A stretch of DNA of 64,000 bases from Gallionella sp. (GCA_049799335.1 JBARHR010000220.1:5055-69054); one strand, 5' to 3'; counted from the first letter of the stretch, positions 40,173 to 50,407 are shown. A program made the numbers and translations. Notes: generated from the letters alone by a model not told the origin.

Positions 40173-40607
40173 GTGATATCAGAACAAAGCTGGTTCTTTT
40201 GGGCGTTGCTATCGGCAGTATTCGCTGCGATGACGGCGATATTCGCCAAAATTTGTTTGGAAGGTGTGGATTCGGATTTCGCAACCCTGATACGGACAAT
40301 CGTTATTTTGCTGGTGCTGTCCGGCTTTGTATATTTTGCGGGAAAATGGAGCGATCCGTTTGCACTGAATCCAAAATCATGGCTGTTCCTTTCGCTTTCC
40401 GGGTTGGCAACGGGTGCATCCTGGGTGTTTTACTTCAGAGCGCTGCAATCAGGTGCGGCGTCCAAAGTTGCACCGGACGACAAATTCAGTCTTGTCCTAG
40501 TCGCGATATTTGCGGTAATTTTCCTGAACGAGCGGCCCGGTTTGCGAGAGTGGCTGGGTATCTCGCTGGTTGCCGCAGGCGTGCTGGTATTGAGCATCAG
40601 GCGCTAG
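40173..40607 (+). CDS. Small EamA-domain (DMT superfamily) membrane protein
   Basis: GTG start with AGGAGGG 5 nt upstream. 144 aa, 4-5 TM, single EamA-like half (WFFWALLSAVFAAMTAIFAK). Confidence 0.8.
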   Translation: MISEQSWFFWALLSAVFAAMTAIFAKICLEGVDSDFATLIRTIVILLVLSGFVYFAGKWSDPFALNPKSWLFLSLSGLATGASWVFYFRALQSGAASKVAPDDKFSLVLVAIFAVIFLNERPGLREWLGISLVAAGVLVLSIRR

Positions 40608-40639
40608 CCGCCTGTTCGAACTCGCCGGATTGCAATGTA

Positions 40640-41092
40640 CTACAGAAAATCCGGGGATATGACCAAGCGCAACGTGGCACGTGCGGCACCGTCACTCTCG
40701 CGATGACTGAACCACCACAGCGCCCCCTTTTTGACACTTAGCGAATAGCTGTCGCATTCGAGGAGCTGAGCGGCCACCGAACCGAGTGTCGGCTGATGGC
40801 CGACGACCAGTACGGTTCCAGCGGAATCCGGCCAACCCGCCGCAGATAGCACTTCTGCAGCTGCGGCACCGGGCGCGATAGTCGGGACCAGTGAAAATTG
40901 ATCGGTAAGTGCGCTGACGGTTTGTCGCGTGCGCACAGTGGGGCTGACCAATATCCTGCTGTCTGCCGGCAAATGCTGGCGCAAAAAATTCGCGACTTTT
41001 TCGGCTTGCTTGAAACCCTTGGGGGTCAGCTCCCTGATGTGATCCGGACTTCCTTCTTTGGCTTCGGCGTGTCGCCACAACAGCAGGTCCAT
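40640..41092 (-). CDS. sixA: Phosphohistidine phosphatase SixA
   Basis: The ATG at 41092 gives MDLLLWRHAEA (RHG-type catalytic motif). Has ...LTPKG..QA and ...VGHQPTLG. About 150 aa. Confidence 0.85.
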   Translation of the reverse strand: MDLLLWRHAEAKEGSPDHIRELTPKGFKQAEKVANFLRQHLPADSRILVSPTVRTRQTVSALTDQFSLVPTIAPGAAAAEVLSAAGWPDSAGTVLVVGHQPTLGSVAAQLLECDSYSLSVKKGALWWFSHRESDGAARATLRLVISPDFL

Positions 41093-41231
41093 AGACGTTC
41101 CACAATAATTAAGGAGTTGGTTACGATCAAACAGCGCCACTACTGCTCTGTTTGGCGCGCGCGCGAAGTGGTAGCGTTGAATGCGCGAGGTTATTCAAAT
41201 TCGGGGCATGGTGGGCAGGCATGCTGCGCGA

Positions 41232-43238
41232 CTATCCCTCAGACCGCCGGCGCACAAAAGGAACGCTGTAGGTAAAAATCAAAATTCCAATTACTGCAGC
41301 TTGCGCGAGCAGGGTTTGCCAAGTCGGCAGCACCCCGAGTATAGGTAACGAAATGAAATTGACACGGCTGATCGCCACAATTCCCGCGTCTTGTAGCGAT
41401 GCAACACCCTGGCCTGCAAAGATGACCGCAAGGACGCCCAGCAACAGCGAAGCAGCGGAGAAGAATTTTCCAAGCGGCAGGCGCAGGCCAAACCGAAACA
41501 GTCCCCAACCGACTACAGCCAATGTTAAGCTACCTGCCAGCAGACCGCTCCACAAGGCTGGACGTGTTCCTACAGTGGTTTGGGTCCAAAGCGCCTCGTA
41601 AAACAGCACGGTCTCAAATATTTCCCGGTATATTGCAAAGAAAGAAATCAGTGTCAGCGTCCAGACAGTCTTCTGTTCCAAAGCATTTCCCACCTTGTCT
41701 TGCAGGTATGTTTTCCAAACCTCGGCCTTTTGTTTGTCATGCAGCCAGAAGCCGACATAAATGAGCATGGCGGAAGCTACCAGCGCGGTAACACCCGAGG
41801 TAATCTCGCGACCGGCACCTGAAATGTCTATCAGCCATGCGGCTGCCGCCCATGTGAGCAGGCCCAGCACAATCGCGCCTCCCCAACCGGCGTGAATGTA
41901 GGGTAGAACCTGCCTTTGGCCGCTCTTTATCACGAAGGCGATCACTGCTGCCAGAACCAGTATTCCTTCCAGCCCCTCTCTCAACAGAATGAAAAGCGAG
42001 CTAACGAATGCGCCCGTTATGGATAGCTTGCCTTCTCTCAAAAGCTCGTCAGCCTGGCCGAGTTTCGCCTTCGCCAGTTCGATCTTGGCCGCCAACTCGT
42101 CTGACGGCGCGCCAACGCTGATTGCCTGACGGATCGCCATCATTTGCTGCTCGATATCGAGGCGAAGTTCAGCATTAAGATTGATCAGACTGATTTCCAT
42201 CGGCTCAAATCCCTCCAGATAGGCGGCGATGGCGAAGCCTAGCGCACCGTCTTTGTTTCCGTTGCGATATTCACTGAGCGATTTGTCCAGTTGTTGTGTG
42301 GAGAATGCCAATGTCGCGTGACGCGTGGAAAAAAGCGCATCGGGCTGGCTGCGCAGAAACTCGAAAACCGCGCGGGTGTTGTCACCGTATTTGATACCGA
42401 TCTCGTTTGGGGTCAACGTGGAAAGTGCAACAAGATTCGGGATCGCGCCTTGAAAGTCGCGCCGTTCCCAAAGTCTGCGTCCCAGGTCTACACGGCTGGG
42501 GTCGTTGTGCAAATTTGAAACATAGAACGCGAGGCCCCAACGTTCTTCTTCTGGAAGTTGCGGAAACCCTGTCATTGGTGTTCCCGCGACGCCCAGGGAT
42601 ATCGTACTGTACAGCCCATAGACGCTGCGTTTTGCCATCCGCGTTACATCGTGAAAATTTTGCGGCTTCTGTGAAATTTTGAGACTTTCCGGACCGTCGC
42701 CATATCCGTCAGGTCCGTGACATTTGACGCACAATTGCCGATACAAAAATTCAGCACGCTGTGCATCGGGGATCTTTCTTGGCGAGACCGGCACCTTGTA
42801 GATGGTAATTATCTCCCTGCGCAGTTTCTGTGCCGAGGCGCTAATAATCTCGGCGTTGGCCTTGTCGCCGACGTTGCGCGCCAGTTCCCGGGCATCTTCG
42901 ATAAGTTCCGGCAGAATCGGCTGGTAGGGCAGCAAATTGATGAGCTTCAGCGCCTGCCCGGCGAACTCCGCCTGTTCGAGATATTCTCCAGAGTTGAGTA
43001 TTCGTCCAAACAATACCGCGCCGCCATAGTCGACACTGAGGTAGTCGAGCATATGCAGTATGGATTGCACGTCGCGATCCAGCGCGGCATCACTGACCGA
43101 GTAGGAATCGGTCTCCGAGTGATCGTCAATCTCTGCGTGCACCGGGGTCGTCATCAATATCAGCAGCAATATTGTGAAAACAGCGGGCAAGCGGCGAAAA
43201 GCTATTGAACACATTGAGCTGCTTCCTGAGAAAGCCAT
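41232..43238 (-). CDS. Cytochrome c / FTR1-family iron permease fusion
   Basis: Signal peptide, a periplasmic domain with the haem c site CVKCHGPDGYGDG, then a 7-TM FTR1 module with two RExxE-type motifs (LREGLEGI and YREIFETV). Confidence 0.9.
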   Translation of the reverse strand: MAFSGSSSMCSIAFRRLPAVFTILLLILMTTPVHAEIDDHSETDSYSVSDAALDRDVQSILHMLDYLSVDYGGAVLFGRILNSGEYLEQAEFAGQALKLINLLPYQPILPELIEDARELARNVGDKANAEIISASAQKLRREIITIYKVPVSPRKIPDAQRAEFLYRQLCVKCHGPDGYGDGPESLKISQKPQNFHDVTRMAKRSVYGLYSTISLGVAGTPMTGFPQLPEEERWGLAFYVSNLHNDPSRVDLGRRLWERRDFQGAIPNLVALSTLTPNEIGIKYGDNTRAVFEFLRSQPDALFSTRHATLAFSTQQLDKSLSEYRNGNKDGALGFAIAAYLEGFEPMEISLINLNAELRLDIEQQMMAIRQAISVGAPSDELAAKIELAKAKLGQADELLREGKLSITGAFVSSLFILLREGLEGILVLAAVIAFVIKSGQRQVLPYIHAGWGGAIVLGLLTWAAAAWLIDISGAGREITSGVTALVASAMLIYVGFWLHDKQKAEVWKTYLQDKVGNALEQKTVWTLTLISFFAIYREIFETVLFYEALWTQTTVGTRPALWSGLLAGSLTLAVVGWGLFRFGLRLPLGKFFSAASLLLGVLAVIFAGQGVASLQDAGIVAISRVNFISLPILGVLPTWQTLLAQAAVIGILIFTYSVPFVRRRSEG

Positions 43239-43321
43239 TGATTAAGCGTGTAATTGATCCTCTAGCAGCATGATTTTTATTTATTTGCTGCTACCCCACT
43301 GAGATTCCCCATTATCCTATA

Positions 43322-43336
43322 TGATAATGATTCTCA
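43322..43336. promoter_or_regulatory. Fur box candidate
   Basis: tgataatgattctca matches the 7-1-7 Fur motif TGATAATnATTATCA at 13 of 14 specified positions. It lies 84-98 nt upstream of the cyt c-FTR1 start, in the divergent region shared with the M1-like peptidase gene. Confidence 0.6.
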
Positions 43337-43594
43337 AACGCAAGTGGTAATTCGACACCTGTTGCCAAGCGATACCCCTGATATCGCGTAAGGCATTATG
43401 CCAGCGACTCGTCATTATTCAAAACGTTGTTGATAAAGCGACCGCATCGAACCGAGACGTTGCAAATCGAACAAACTCCAACAAATATTTCGTATCATGT
43501 CCGCTGTTCTGCGCTGCAGTACTCACCTGCCAAAACTCGGGCCCGTGCAGGGTTCCATGCAGCAAAGTTAACCACCGGGAAGGACCCAAACAGG

Positions 43595-45739
43595 ATGCAT
43601 CGAACCGTCTCCATATTGTTGATGTTTTATGCCATGAGCTGCCATTCCCAGGTCTTGCCACATCATCGCCTGAAGATTCGGCTGCTCCCTGAAACTCACA
43701 CGCTCGAAGGCGTAGATCGGGTCAGCATTCCCCCGGGCTCGCCGCGCAACTTGATTTTTTCAATGAACGGTGCCCTTCAACCGCATTCGCCGGACGCAAA
43801 GCTGGTCGCAAATGAGGTGGTTGAGCCTGGCGGCTTGACCAGATTTCGCATCACATTACCCAAAGGTCGTGCGAGCTTTACCGTGATCTATTCCGGAGAT
43901 ATTTTTCAACCACCGCGGCAGGATGCGCGCGAGGCAAGGGTTTTCGAAACCTCCAGCGGGATCATTGCCGTCGACGGCGCTGTGCTGAGCGGTTCCAGCG
44001 GCTGGTTCCCGATGGTTGAGGACGCAGCGGGAGCCGGCATGTTTACCTTCGCGCTGGATGTGACGGTTCCCGCAAACTGGGAAGCCGTCAGCGGGGGAAG
44101 AATGACCGGCAGAAAATTACTGGACAAGAATGCGGGGGTGCAAATTGCATGGGCCGAAACCCACCCTCAGCAGGACATACATTTGATTGCGGCGCCGTTC
44201 AAGGTCTATCGGCAGGTCGAGTCGGGAGTCGAAGAGCTGGTGTATCTGCGCAGTGAAGATCCAGCGCTTGCGCAACGCTACCTTGAAGCGACTGCTACCT
44301 ATCTTGGATATTACCGCAAGTTGATAGGCGAATATCCGTACGCGAAATTCGCATTGGTGGAAAATTTCTGGGAAACCGGATACGGCATGCCGTCTTTTAC
44401 ATTGCTGGGAAGTCAGGTCATACGCCTGCCCTTCATCATCAATACTTCCTATCCCCATGAAATACTGCATAACTGGTGGGGCAATGGCGTGTATGTGGAT
44501 TACCAGAGTGGCAATTGGTCGGAGGGGCTAACCGCGTATCTCGCCGACCACCTGTTGCAGGAAGAGCAGGGCAGTGCGGTCGAATACAGGCGCGGCACGC
44601 TGCAGAAATATACCGACTACGTCAACTTGGGACGAGACTTTCCACTGAGCGAATTTGTGTCCCGCCACAGCGCTTCGAGCGAGGCAGTCGGCTACGGCAA
44701 AGCCCTGATGTTGTTCCACATGTTGCGCAGACGCATGGATGACGATAAATTTCGGGCGGCACTGAAAAGCCTCTATGCCGACTTCAAATTCAAGCGCGCC
44801 GGTTTCAGGGACCTTGAAACTACCTTTTCGCGCGTCGCCGGTGAGGATCTCAAACCATTCTTCCGGCAATGGGTACAACGGCAGGGTGCGCCTGAATTGC
44901 GTCTTGATTTCGCTAACGTAAAGCAGAGCGCATCCGGATATGATCTGAATATCGGGATCGAACAAACGCAGGCTGGCGATGCTTTCACACTTGATCTGCC
45001 CTTGGCGGTAACGTTTGCGGGTGAACATAAGGCCTCGCTTGTGCGCGTCACCATGAACACCAAGAACGCCGAATGGAATCTGCACCTCAATCAAAAGCCG
45101 CTACGCGTGGATGTTGATCCGGAGTTCGATGTATTTCGCCGACTGGACTCCAGCGAAGTTCCCCCTGCGATGTCGCAGATTTTCGGCGCAGCACGCCTGC
45201 TGTTAGTGTTGCCGCGAGCCGCACCGGTAGAATTGAAATCCCAATATCTGGCGGTGGCAAATAAATGGCGGCAGCAGGCGGGTGACCAGGCGGAAGTCGT
45301 GTGGGACGATCAAATAAGTGACATTCCGAATCGAGGTAGCGTGTGGCTGTTCGGATGGGAAAACCGCTGGCGCGAACAACTGCGGGTCCCCCTGCAGGAG
45401 TTCAATACTGTGATGTCGGCAGACACTGTCAGTCTTGGCAAAAGCGTGTACTTGCAATCCACAAACCCGCTTGCACTGACGGCGCATATCGGCGACACGC
45501 CGGTCGGATGGCTGGCGGTTCCAAAGGCGGAAATGATGCCGATTCTGGCGCGAAAATTACCCCACTACTCGAAATACAGCTACGTGATTTTTGAAGGCGA
45601 CGAATTGCGCAACCTGGAAAAAGGCATGTGGCCGGTGACCAGGTCGGCACTGCAAATGATGGTGCATGATGAACGGGGAGAGTTCACGGATACAATGCGT
45701 GGCGAACTTCCGCTGCGCAACGGCTTGCTTGTCCGGTAG
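43595..45739 (+). CDS. Secreted M1-like (gluzincin) metallopeptidase
   Basis: The ATG at 43595 gives the signal-peptide-like MHRTVSILLMFYAMSCHSQ. The zinc site is HEILHNWWGN...NWSEGLTAY. The track ORF starts 168 nt earlier in non-protein-like sequence. Confidence 0.85.
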   Translation: MHRTVSILLMFYAMSCHSQVLPHHRLKIRLLPETHTLEGVDRVSIPPGSPRNLIFSMNGALQPHSPDAKLVANEVVEPGGLTRFRITLPKGRASFTVIYSGDIFQPPRQDAREARVFETSSGIIAVDGAVLSGSSGWFPMVEDAAGAGMFTFALDVTVPANWEAVSGGRMTGRKLLDKNAGVQIAWAETHPQQDIHLIAAPFKVYRQVESGVEELVYLRSEDPALAQRYLEATATYLGYYRKLIGEYPYAKFALVENFWETGYGMPSFTLLGSQVIRLPFIINTSYPHEILHNWWGNGVYVDYQSGNWSEGLTAYLADHLLQEEQGSAVEYRRGTLQKYTDYVNLGRDFPLSEFVSRHSASSEAVGYGKALMLFHMLRRRMDDDKFRAALKSLYADFKFKRAGFRDLETTFSRVAGEDLKPFFRQWVQRQGAPELRLDFANVKQSASGYDLNIGIEQTQAGDAFTLDLPLAVTFAGEHKASLVRVTMNTKNAEWNLHLNQKPLRVDVDPEFDVFRRLDSSEVPPAMSQIFGAARLLLVLPRAAPVELKSQYLAVANKWRQQAGDQAEVVWDDQISDIPNRGSVWLFGWENRWREQLRVPLQEFNTVMSADTVSLGKSVYLQSTNPLALTAHIGDTPVGWLAVPKAEMMPILARKLPHYSKYSYVIFEGDELRNLEKGMWPVTRSALQMMVHDERGEFTDTMRGELPLRNGLLVR

Positions 45740-45746
45740 CGATGGA

Positions 45747-46904
45747 TCAGCGCAGCGGCACAGTCAATTTCACTACTCCTTTGTCCGCCAGAAGGTGGTT
45801 TCTACGCAGCGTAAGATGCACGACGTCGCCGGGAAGTTTGTCGAACATAACTGCCTTGATATCCGCAAAGCTCGAGATATTCAGGCCTTCAAGCGTGATG
45901 ATGCGGTCACCGAGCTCTATGCCGGAGTCTCGAGCGGCACCATCGGCCAGTAGCTGGGTAATAACGACGCTTTCGCTGGAGTCATCGATGGTGATGCCCA
46001 GTTTCCCGGGCTTGGGCAATTGCCTGTCACTTTTTGCAGCAACAATATAGTCCGCTACCCCGGGATAATTGGCGATCTGATCACCGTTGATTGCGATCGC
46101 GCTGAATCTGCCCCCGAGGCGCCGATCAAGCGCGGTTGGAATACCATCGCCAAACATCATGTGTCCGAGGCCGGCCAATACGACCAATTTTGTATGCGGA
46201 TGCTCTTTCAGATAATTTGCCGAAACATCTGCCATCGATTCATCCCAGAGCATTTGGCCCTCGACAAATGTTTCGAACTTTGTGCCTTCCGGATGTGAAT
46301 TGAAAATAGTGCTCAACCGGTTCCTGTAGTCGCTGCTGATCGGTTGAAGATCCGAGGGCACCAGCTTCCGCTCCCGTGGTGTCAGACTCTTCAGGCCATC
46401 CTCGAAAACCTTGTGATGAATTTCCTCGGAAATATTCAGCGCAAGCACAGGAATGCGCTTTTCACGCGCGAACTTGAGTATCGGCTGTACCATGCGGTAG
46501 TCGATTTTCCAGCGCTTGAAATATTCGGATCTGACCAGCATTTCCTTTTCATCAATGTACCCGGCGATGTAATCATTGATGACCGACTGAAATGGCTGTT
46601 GAAAATATTCCACGCCTATGGCGATGTCCTGATTGTTTTCGTAGAGCGCCTGAATGACGCGTAGCTGATTTTCATGGTGCTCGGGAATATCGTGGATTTC
46701 GCCAATGAACAAGGCGCGCTTGTCCTGCAGCTTGTCGAGCAGCATCTGCAATCTCCACGCGGAACTGACATCAACCCATTCCGTTTTCAGCTTGCTGTCG
46801 GCAACAGGAACCGGCAATCCCATCCCTCCGCGATCCTGATGCAATGTCGCACAGGATGCACAAAAAGACGCCAGTGTGAGAACCAAGGTATGGAAATATC
46901 GCAT
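45747..46904 (-). CDS. ChaN-family (haem-binding uptake / Tiki-fold) protein with C-terminal PDZ domain
   Basis: Signal peptide. ChaN signatures FIGEIHDIPEHH and LAGLGHMMFG. The C-terminal ~90 aa are PDZ-like (GITIDDS...VVITQLLADGAARDSGIELGDRIITLEG). Confidence 0.8.
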   Translation of the reverse strand: MRYFHTLVLTLASFCASCATLHQDRGGMGLPVPVADSKLKTEWVDVSSAWRLQMLLDKLQDKRALFIGEIHDIPEHHENQLRVIQALYENNQDIAIGVEYFQQPFQSVINDYIAGYIDEKEMLVRSEYFKRWKIDYRMVQPILKFAREKRIPVLALNISEEIHHKVFEDGLKSLTPRERKLVPSDLQPISSDYRNRLSTIFNSHPEGTKFETFVEGQMLWDESMADVSANYLKEHPHTKLVVLAGLGHMMFGDGIPTALDRRLGGRFSAIAINGDQIANYPGVADYIVAAKSDRQLPKPGKLGITIDDSSESVVITQLLADGAARDSGIELGDRIITLEGLNISSFADIKAVMFDKLPGDVVHLTLRRNHLLADKGVVKLTVPLR

Positions 46905-47029
46905 CAGACAATGACTACCGGGTGCGGAAATGATTCAATTCTGACAGTAATTTTCCAAAGCACAATGAAAATTCGCTGCGACAGGTGGTAATCCGAACCG
47001 ACCAAATGAAATACCGGCTGGAGGCTTGG

Positions 47030-49117
47030 TTATATGGCCTTGCGACCTTTATGGTCACCAATCATATTCAGCAATTCAGTCTGCGCACAAGTCACCGCAG
47101 CTCGCCGGGATTTCTTGCGATGATAGTGTCCGTTGCTGTCCATGTCCCACGCCTGGCTGTTATCACTCAAATAGATCTTCAAGCCCTCCTCGATAACGCG
47201 CTTTTTCAGCTTAACATCAAGAACCGGAAAACACACCTCTATCCTGCGGAAGAAATTCCTGTCCATCCAGTCGGCGCTCGCCAGATAGACACTGTGCTTC
47301 AGGTTGTTGCGAAAATAGAAGATACGGGTATGTTCCAGAAATCTGCCGATTATCGATACCACACGGATGTTGTCCGATAGACCCGTTACACCCGGCTTCA
47401 ACGCGCATACTCCACGCACAATCAAATCGATCTTTACGCCGGCCTTGGACGCATCGTACAGGGCGGTAATCGTCTCCGGTTCCAGTAGCGAGTTCATTTT
47501 CGCGATGATATGCGCACGCTTACCGGACTTCGCGAGTTGAATCTCATTTCTGATTGCGTGCAACACCTCGACATGCAGCGAAAAAGGCGACTGCCACAAA
47601 TAGTTGAGCGTCCTGGCTTTACCAAGGCTGGTCAGCTGGCTGAAGACTTCATTTACGTCTGCGCATATCATCTCATTGCTGGTGAACAGACCAAAGTCGG
47701 TATACATCCTCGCAGTGCGCGGATGATAGTTGCCCGTACCCAAATGTACATAGCGGCGCATCCCATTGTTCTCGCGCCGCACCACCATCAACATTTTTGC
47801 ATGCGTCTTGTGACCCACCACACCGTATACGACATGCGCGCCGATCTTTTCGAGGCGATTGGCCCAGTTGATATTTGCCTCCTCGTCGAATCGCGCGAGC
47901 AGCTCCACGACCACGGTGACTTCCTTTCCGCGTTGCGCGGCAGCGATCAGTGCATCCATCAGCGCCGAGTCCGCGCCGGTGCGGTAAACCGTTTGCTTGA
48001 TGGCAACGACATCCGGGTCGCTGGCTGCCTGCTGAATGAAATCAATTACCGGCTTGAACGACTGGTAGGGATGGTGCAACAAGACGTCGCCCTTGCGCAT
48101 CACCTTGAACATGTCCGCGCCCTTCTTTTGCAGCAAGGCGGGCATCGAGGGCATAAATGCCGGAAACTTGAGTTCGTCGCGATCGACCATGTCGGGAATC
48201 CGCATCAAACGCACCAGATTTACCGGACCATGTACACGGTAAAGATCGGCATCGGAAAGATTGAATTCCCTGAGCAGCAATTCGGCGATATGTGACGAAC
48301 AGTTGTCTGCAACTTCCAGACGCACTGCATCGCCGAAATGGCGTTGCGGCAGTTCCCCCTGCAGGCTAAGCCGCAGATTCTTGATTTCTTCCTCGTCCAC
48401 AAATAGGTCACTGTTGCGCGTAACCCGGAATTGGTAGCAGCCCAACACCTCCATGCCGGAGAAAAGCTCTCCCACATGCGTATGCAAAATTGATGACAGG
48501 AAAACGAATCCATATTCGCAGCCGCTGATTTCCGCGGGCATAAGTATGGTGCGCGGCACAACGCGGGGTGCCTGCACGATCGCGCGGGTCGAGTTGCGCC
48601 CGAAAGCATCCTTGCCATGCAGCTCAACCGCGAAGTTAAGGCTCTTGTTGATTACACGCGGAAAGGGATGCGCCGGGTCCAGACCAATAGGCGTCAATAC
48701 CGGGAACACTTCGCGAAAGAAGTAATCCTTGACCCATGCTTTCTGTGCATCGTTCCAATGGGTGCGGCGGATGAACTTGATTCCCTGTTCAGCCAGCGCG
48801 GGCGTGATGTCATTATTGAACAGCTGATACTGCCGCTCGATCAATTGGTGCGCCTGATCGCGCACCAGACTGAACGTCTGGGAGGCAGTCAATCCATCGG
48901 TGCTTGCAGACACACTGCCAAGTTTGATCTGTTCCTTCAATCCGGCGACGCGAATCTCGAAGAATTCGTCGAGATTACTGCTGACTATGCACAAATATTT
49001 CAGCCGCTCCAGCAATGGAACGGACGGGTCTTCAGCCTGAGCGAGCACGCGCCGGTTGAATTCAAGCTGACCGAGTTCGCGATTGAGGAACTGCTGGGGA
49101 ACGAATTTATTGGCCAA
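47030..49117 (-). CDS. ppk1: Polyphosphate kinase 1
   Basis: 695 aa. N-terminus FLNRELGQLEFNRRVL, and two PLD-like HKD regions including VVGHKTHAKMLMVVR. Confidence 0.97.
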   Translation of the reverse strand: MANKFVPQQFLNRELGQLEFNRRVLAQAEDPSVPLLERLKYLCIVSSNLDEFFEIRVAGLKEQIKLGSVSASTDGLTASQTFSLVRDQAHQLIERQYQLFNNDITPALAEQGIKFIRRTHWNDAQKAWVKDYFFREVFPVLTPIGLDPAHPFPRVINKSLNFAVELHGKDAFGRNSTRAIVQAPRVVPRTILMPAEISGCEYGFVFLSSILHTHVGELFSGMEVLGCYQFRVTRNSDLFVDEEEIKNLRLSLQGELPQRHFGDAVRLEVADNCSSHIAELLLREFNLSDADLYRVHGPVNLVRLMRIPDMVDRDELKFPAFMPSMPALLQKKGADMFKVMRKGDVLLHHPYQSFKPVIDFIQQAASDPDVVAIKQTVYRTGADSALMDALIAAAQRGKEVTVVVELLARFDEEANINWANRLEKIGAHVVYGVVGHKTHAKMLMVVRRENNGMRRYVHLGTGNYHPRTARMYTDFGLFTSNEMICADVNEVFSQLTSLGKARTLNYLWQSPFSLHVEVLHAIRNEIQLAKSGKRAHIIAKMNSLLEPETITALYDASKAGVKIDLIVRGVCALKPGVTGLSDNIRVVSIIGRFLEHTRIFYFRNNLKHSVYLASADWMDRNFFRRIEVCFPVLDVKLKKRVIEEGLKIYLSDNSQAWDMDSNGHYHRKKSRRAAVTCAQTELLNMIGDHKGRKAI

Positions 49118-49135
49118 GATACGCTATTGCGGCAT

Positions 49136-49408
49136 TCAGTTCTTTGGTGGCACGTATCCTTGGGGCATGGCAGCGCCGTCGCCGAAAAAATATTGTTCCA
49201 TCAGGGCCGCAAGGTGTTTTCGTGCTGCCGCGTCCGCGAGGTTCAGGCGATTTTCGTTCACCTGCATCGTTTGATAGCGTAGCCAGCCCTGCCACGCTTC
49301 CTTGGATACACTTTCAAAAATCCGCTGCCCCAGGGCACCGGGATACGGCAGACGCTCCAGTCCTTCTGCCTCTCGGCCTAGTTTTACACACTGCACCATT
49401 CTAGTCAT
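49136..49408 (-). CDS. yggX: Fe(2+)-trafficking / oxidative damage protection protein YggX
   Basis: The ATG at 49408 gives [17 protein letters not shown]...PYPG.LG.RIFE.VSKEAW..W...QTM..NE..L, the YggX pattern. 90 aa. Confidence 0.9.
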   Translation of the reverse strand: MTRMVQCVKLGREAEGLERLPYPGALGQRIFESVSKEAWQGWLRYQTMQVNENRLNLADAAARKHLAALMEQYFFGDGAAMPQGYVPPKN

Positions 49409-49476
49409 GAAACGAATTCTCCGTGAACGATAAACAAAAGGCAATTATTACAAATAGGTGACAACAATTGGCTGCG

Positions 49477-50301
49477 TCAATTTGCGGTCCAGTTTACCAA
49501 CCCGCCATATGACGTACCAAGCACGATCAGACCAAACGCAATCCGGTACCAGGCGAAAGCGGTGAAATCGTGATGGCTGATATAGCGCAGCAACCAGCGC
49601 ACGCACAGGAACGCGCTGATGAACGAAAAAATGCCGCCTACTGCAAACATGCCGAGATCCTGCGACTGAAATAAATCGCGGTACTTCACTACCTCGTAAA
49701 CGGTCGCTGCAGTCAGCGTCGGTATCGCCAGAAAAAATGAAAACTCGGTCGCAGCCTTGCGCGACAAACCAAATAACAGGCCGCCAATGATCGTCGAGCC
49801 CGAGCGGGACATACCCGGAATCAGCGCCAGCGTCTGGGCAAAACCGACCTTCAGCGCATCGGTCCAGCGCATCTCATCCACCTCTTCGACGGCAATATTG
49901 TGTTCGCGCTTCTCCGCCCACAGAATGATCAGGCCGCCAACGATGAACGCAAGCGCCACCGGCACCGGCGCAAACAGATGCGCCTTGATCGCCTTCGCAA
50001 ACAACAGACCGAGCACCGCGGCAGGTATAAACGCCACCATCAGATTGATGGCGAAACGTCTTGCCGCTTTCTCTGTGGCGAGGCCACCAACTACCACCAG
50101 TATCTTGGCGCGGTATTCCCAGCAAACTGCAAGGATCGCTGCGAACTGGATCACGATCTCAAATACTTTGCCCTTCTCGTCGTTGAAATTCAGCAAGTCG
50201 CCCGCGAGTATCAGGTGGCCGGTAGAAGAGATCGGCAGAAATTCGGTCAATCCTTCGACGACCCCGAGAATCGCGGCCTTGAGCAACAGCAATATGTCCA
50301 T
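49477..50301 (-). CDS. uppP: Undecaprenyl-diphosphate phosphatase
   Basis: The ATG at 50301 gives [29 protein letters not shown], plus PG(M)SRSGSTI. 274 aa, 8 TM. Confidence 0.95.
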   Translation of the reverse strand: MDILLLLKAAILGVVEGLTEFLPISSTGHLILAGDLLNFNDEKGKVFEIVIQFAAILAVCWEYRAKILVVVGGLATEKAARRFAINLMVAFIPAAVLGLLFAKAIKAHLFAPVPVALAFIVGGLIILWAEKREHNIAVEEVDEMRWTDALKVGFAQTLALIPGMSRSGSTIIGGLLFGLSRKAATEFSFFLAIPTLTAATVYEVVKYRDLFQSQDLGMFAVGGIFSFISAFLCVRWLLRYISHHDFTAFAWYRIAFGLIVLGTSYGGLVNWTAN

Positions 50302-50407
50302 GGAATCTGAAAATAGTGAAATTTGAATGGGCTCGTAACGGACAAAGCCCAACGAAGTCGCGATTATACCTTTCTCAACCAGCCAAATCCGTGACCGCCA
50401 TGAATCG

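Noticed and set aside
40625-40654. 7-bp stem hairpin (ccggatt...aatccgg) between the convergent EamA-like and sixA genes as a bidirectional terminator
   Set aside because: The loop is 16 nt and there is no flanking T-run on either strand. The 3' arm lies inside the sixA coding sequence (..SPDFL*).
43427-43594. Longer N-terminal extension of the M1-like peptidase ORF (track start 43427). The same applies to other track starts: 17977 for the kinase fusion, 37332 for TfoX, 50352 for uppP, 56778 for thiC, 41140 for sixA, 49444 for yggX and 15092 for dolP.
   Set aside because: The extensions are not protein-like, would bury the signal peptide or conserved N-terminus, or would overlap neighbouring genes. 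Internal ATG/GTG codons with better RBS and family-consistent N-termini were preferred.
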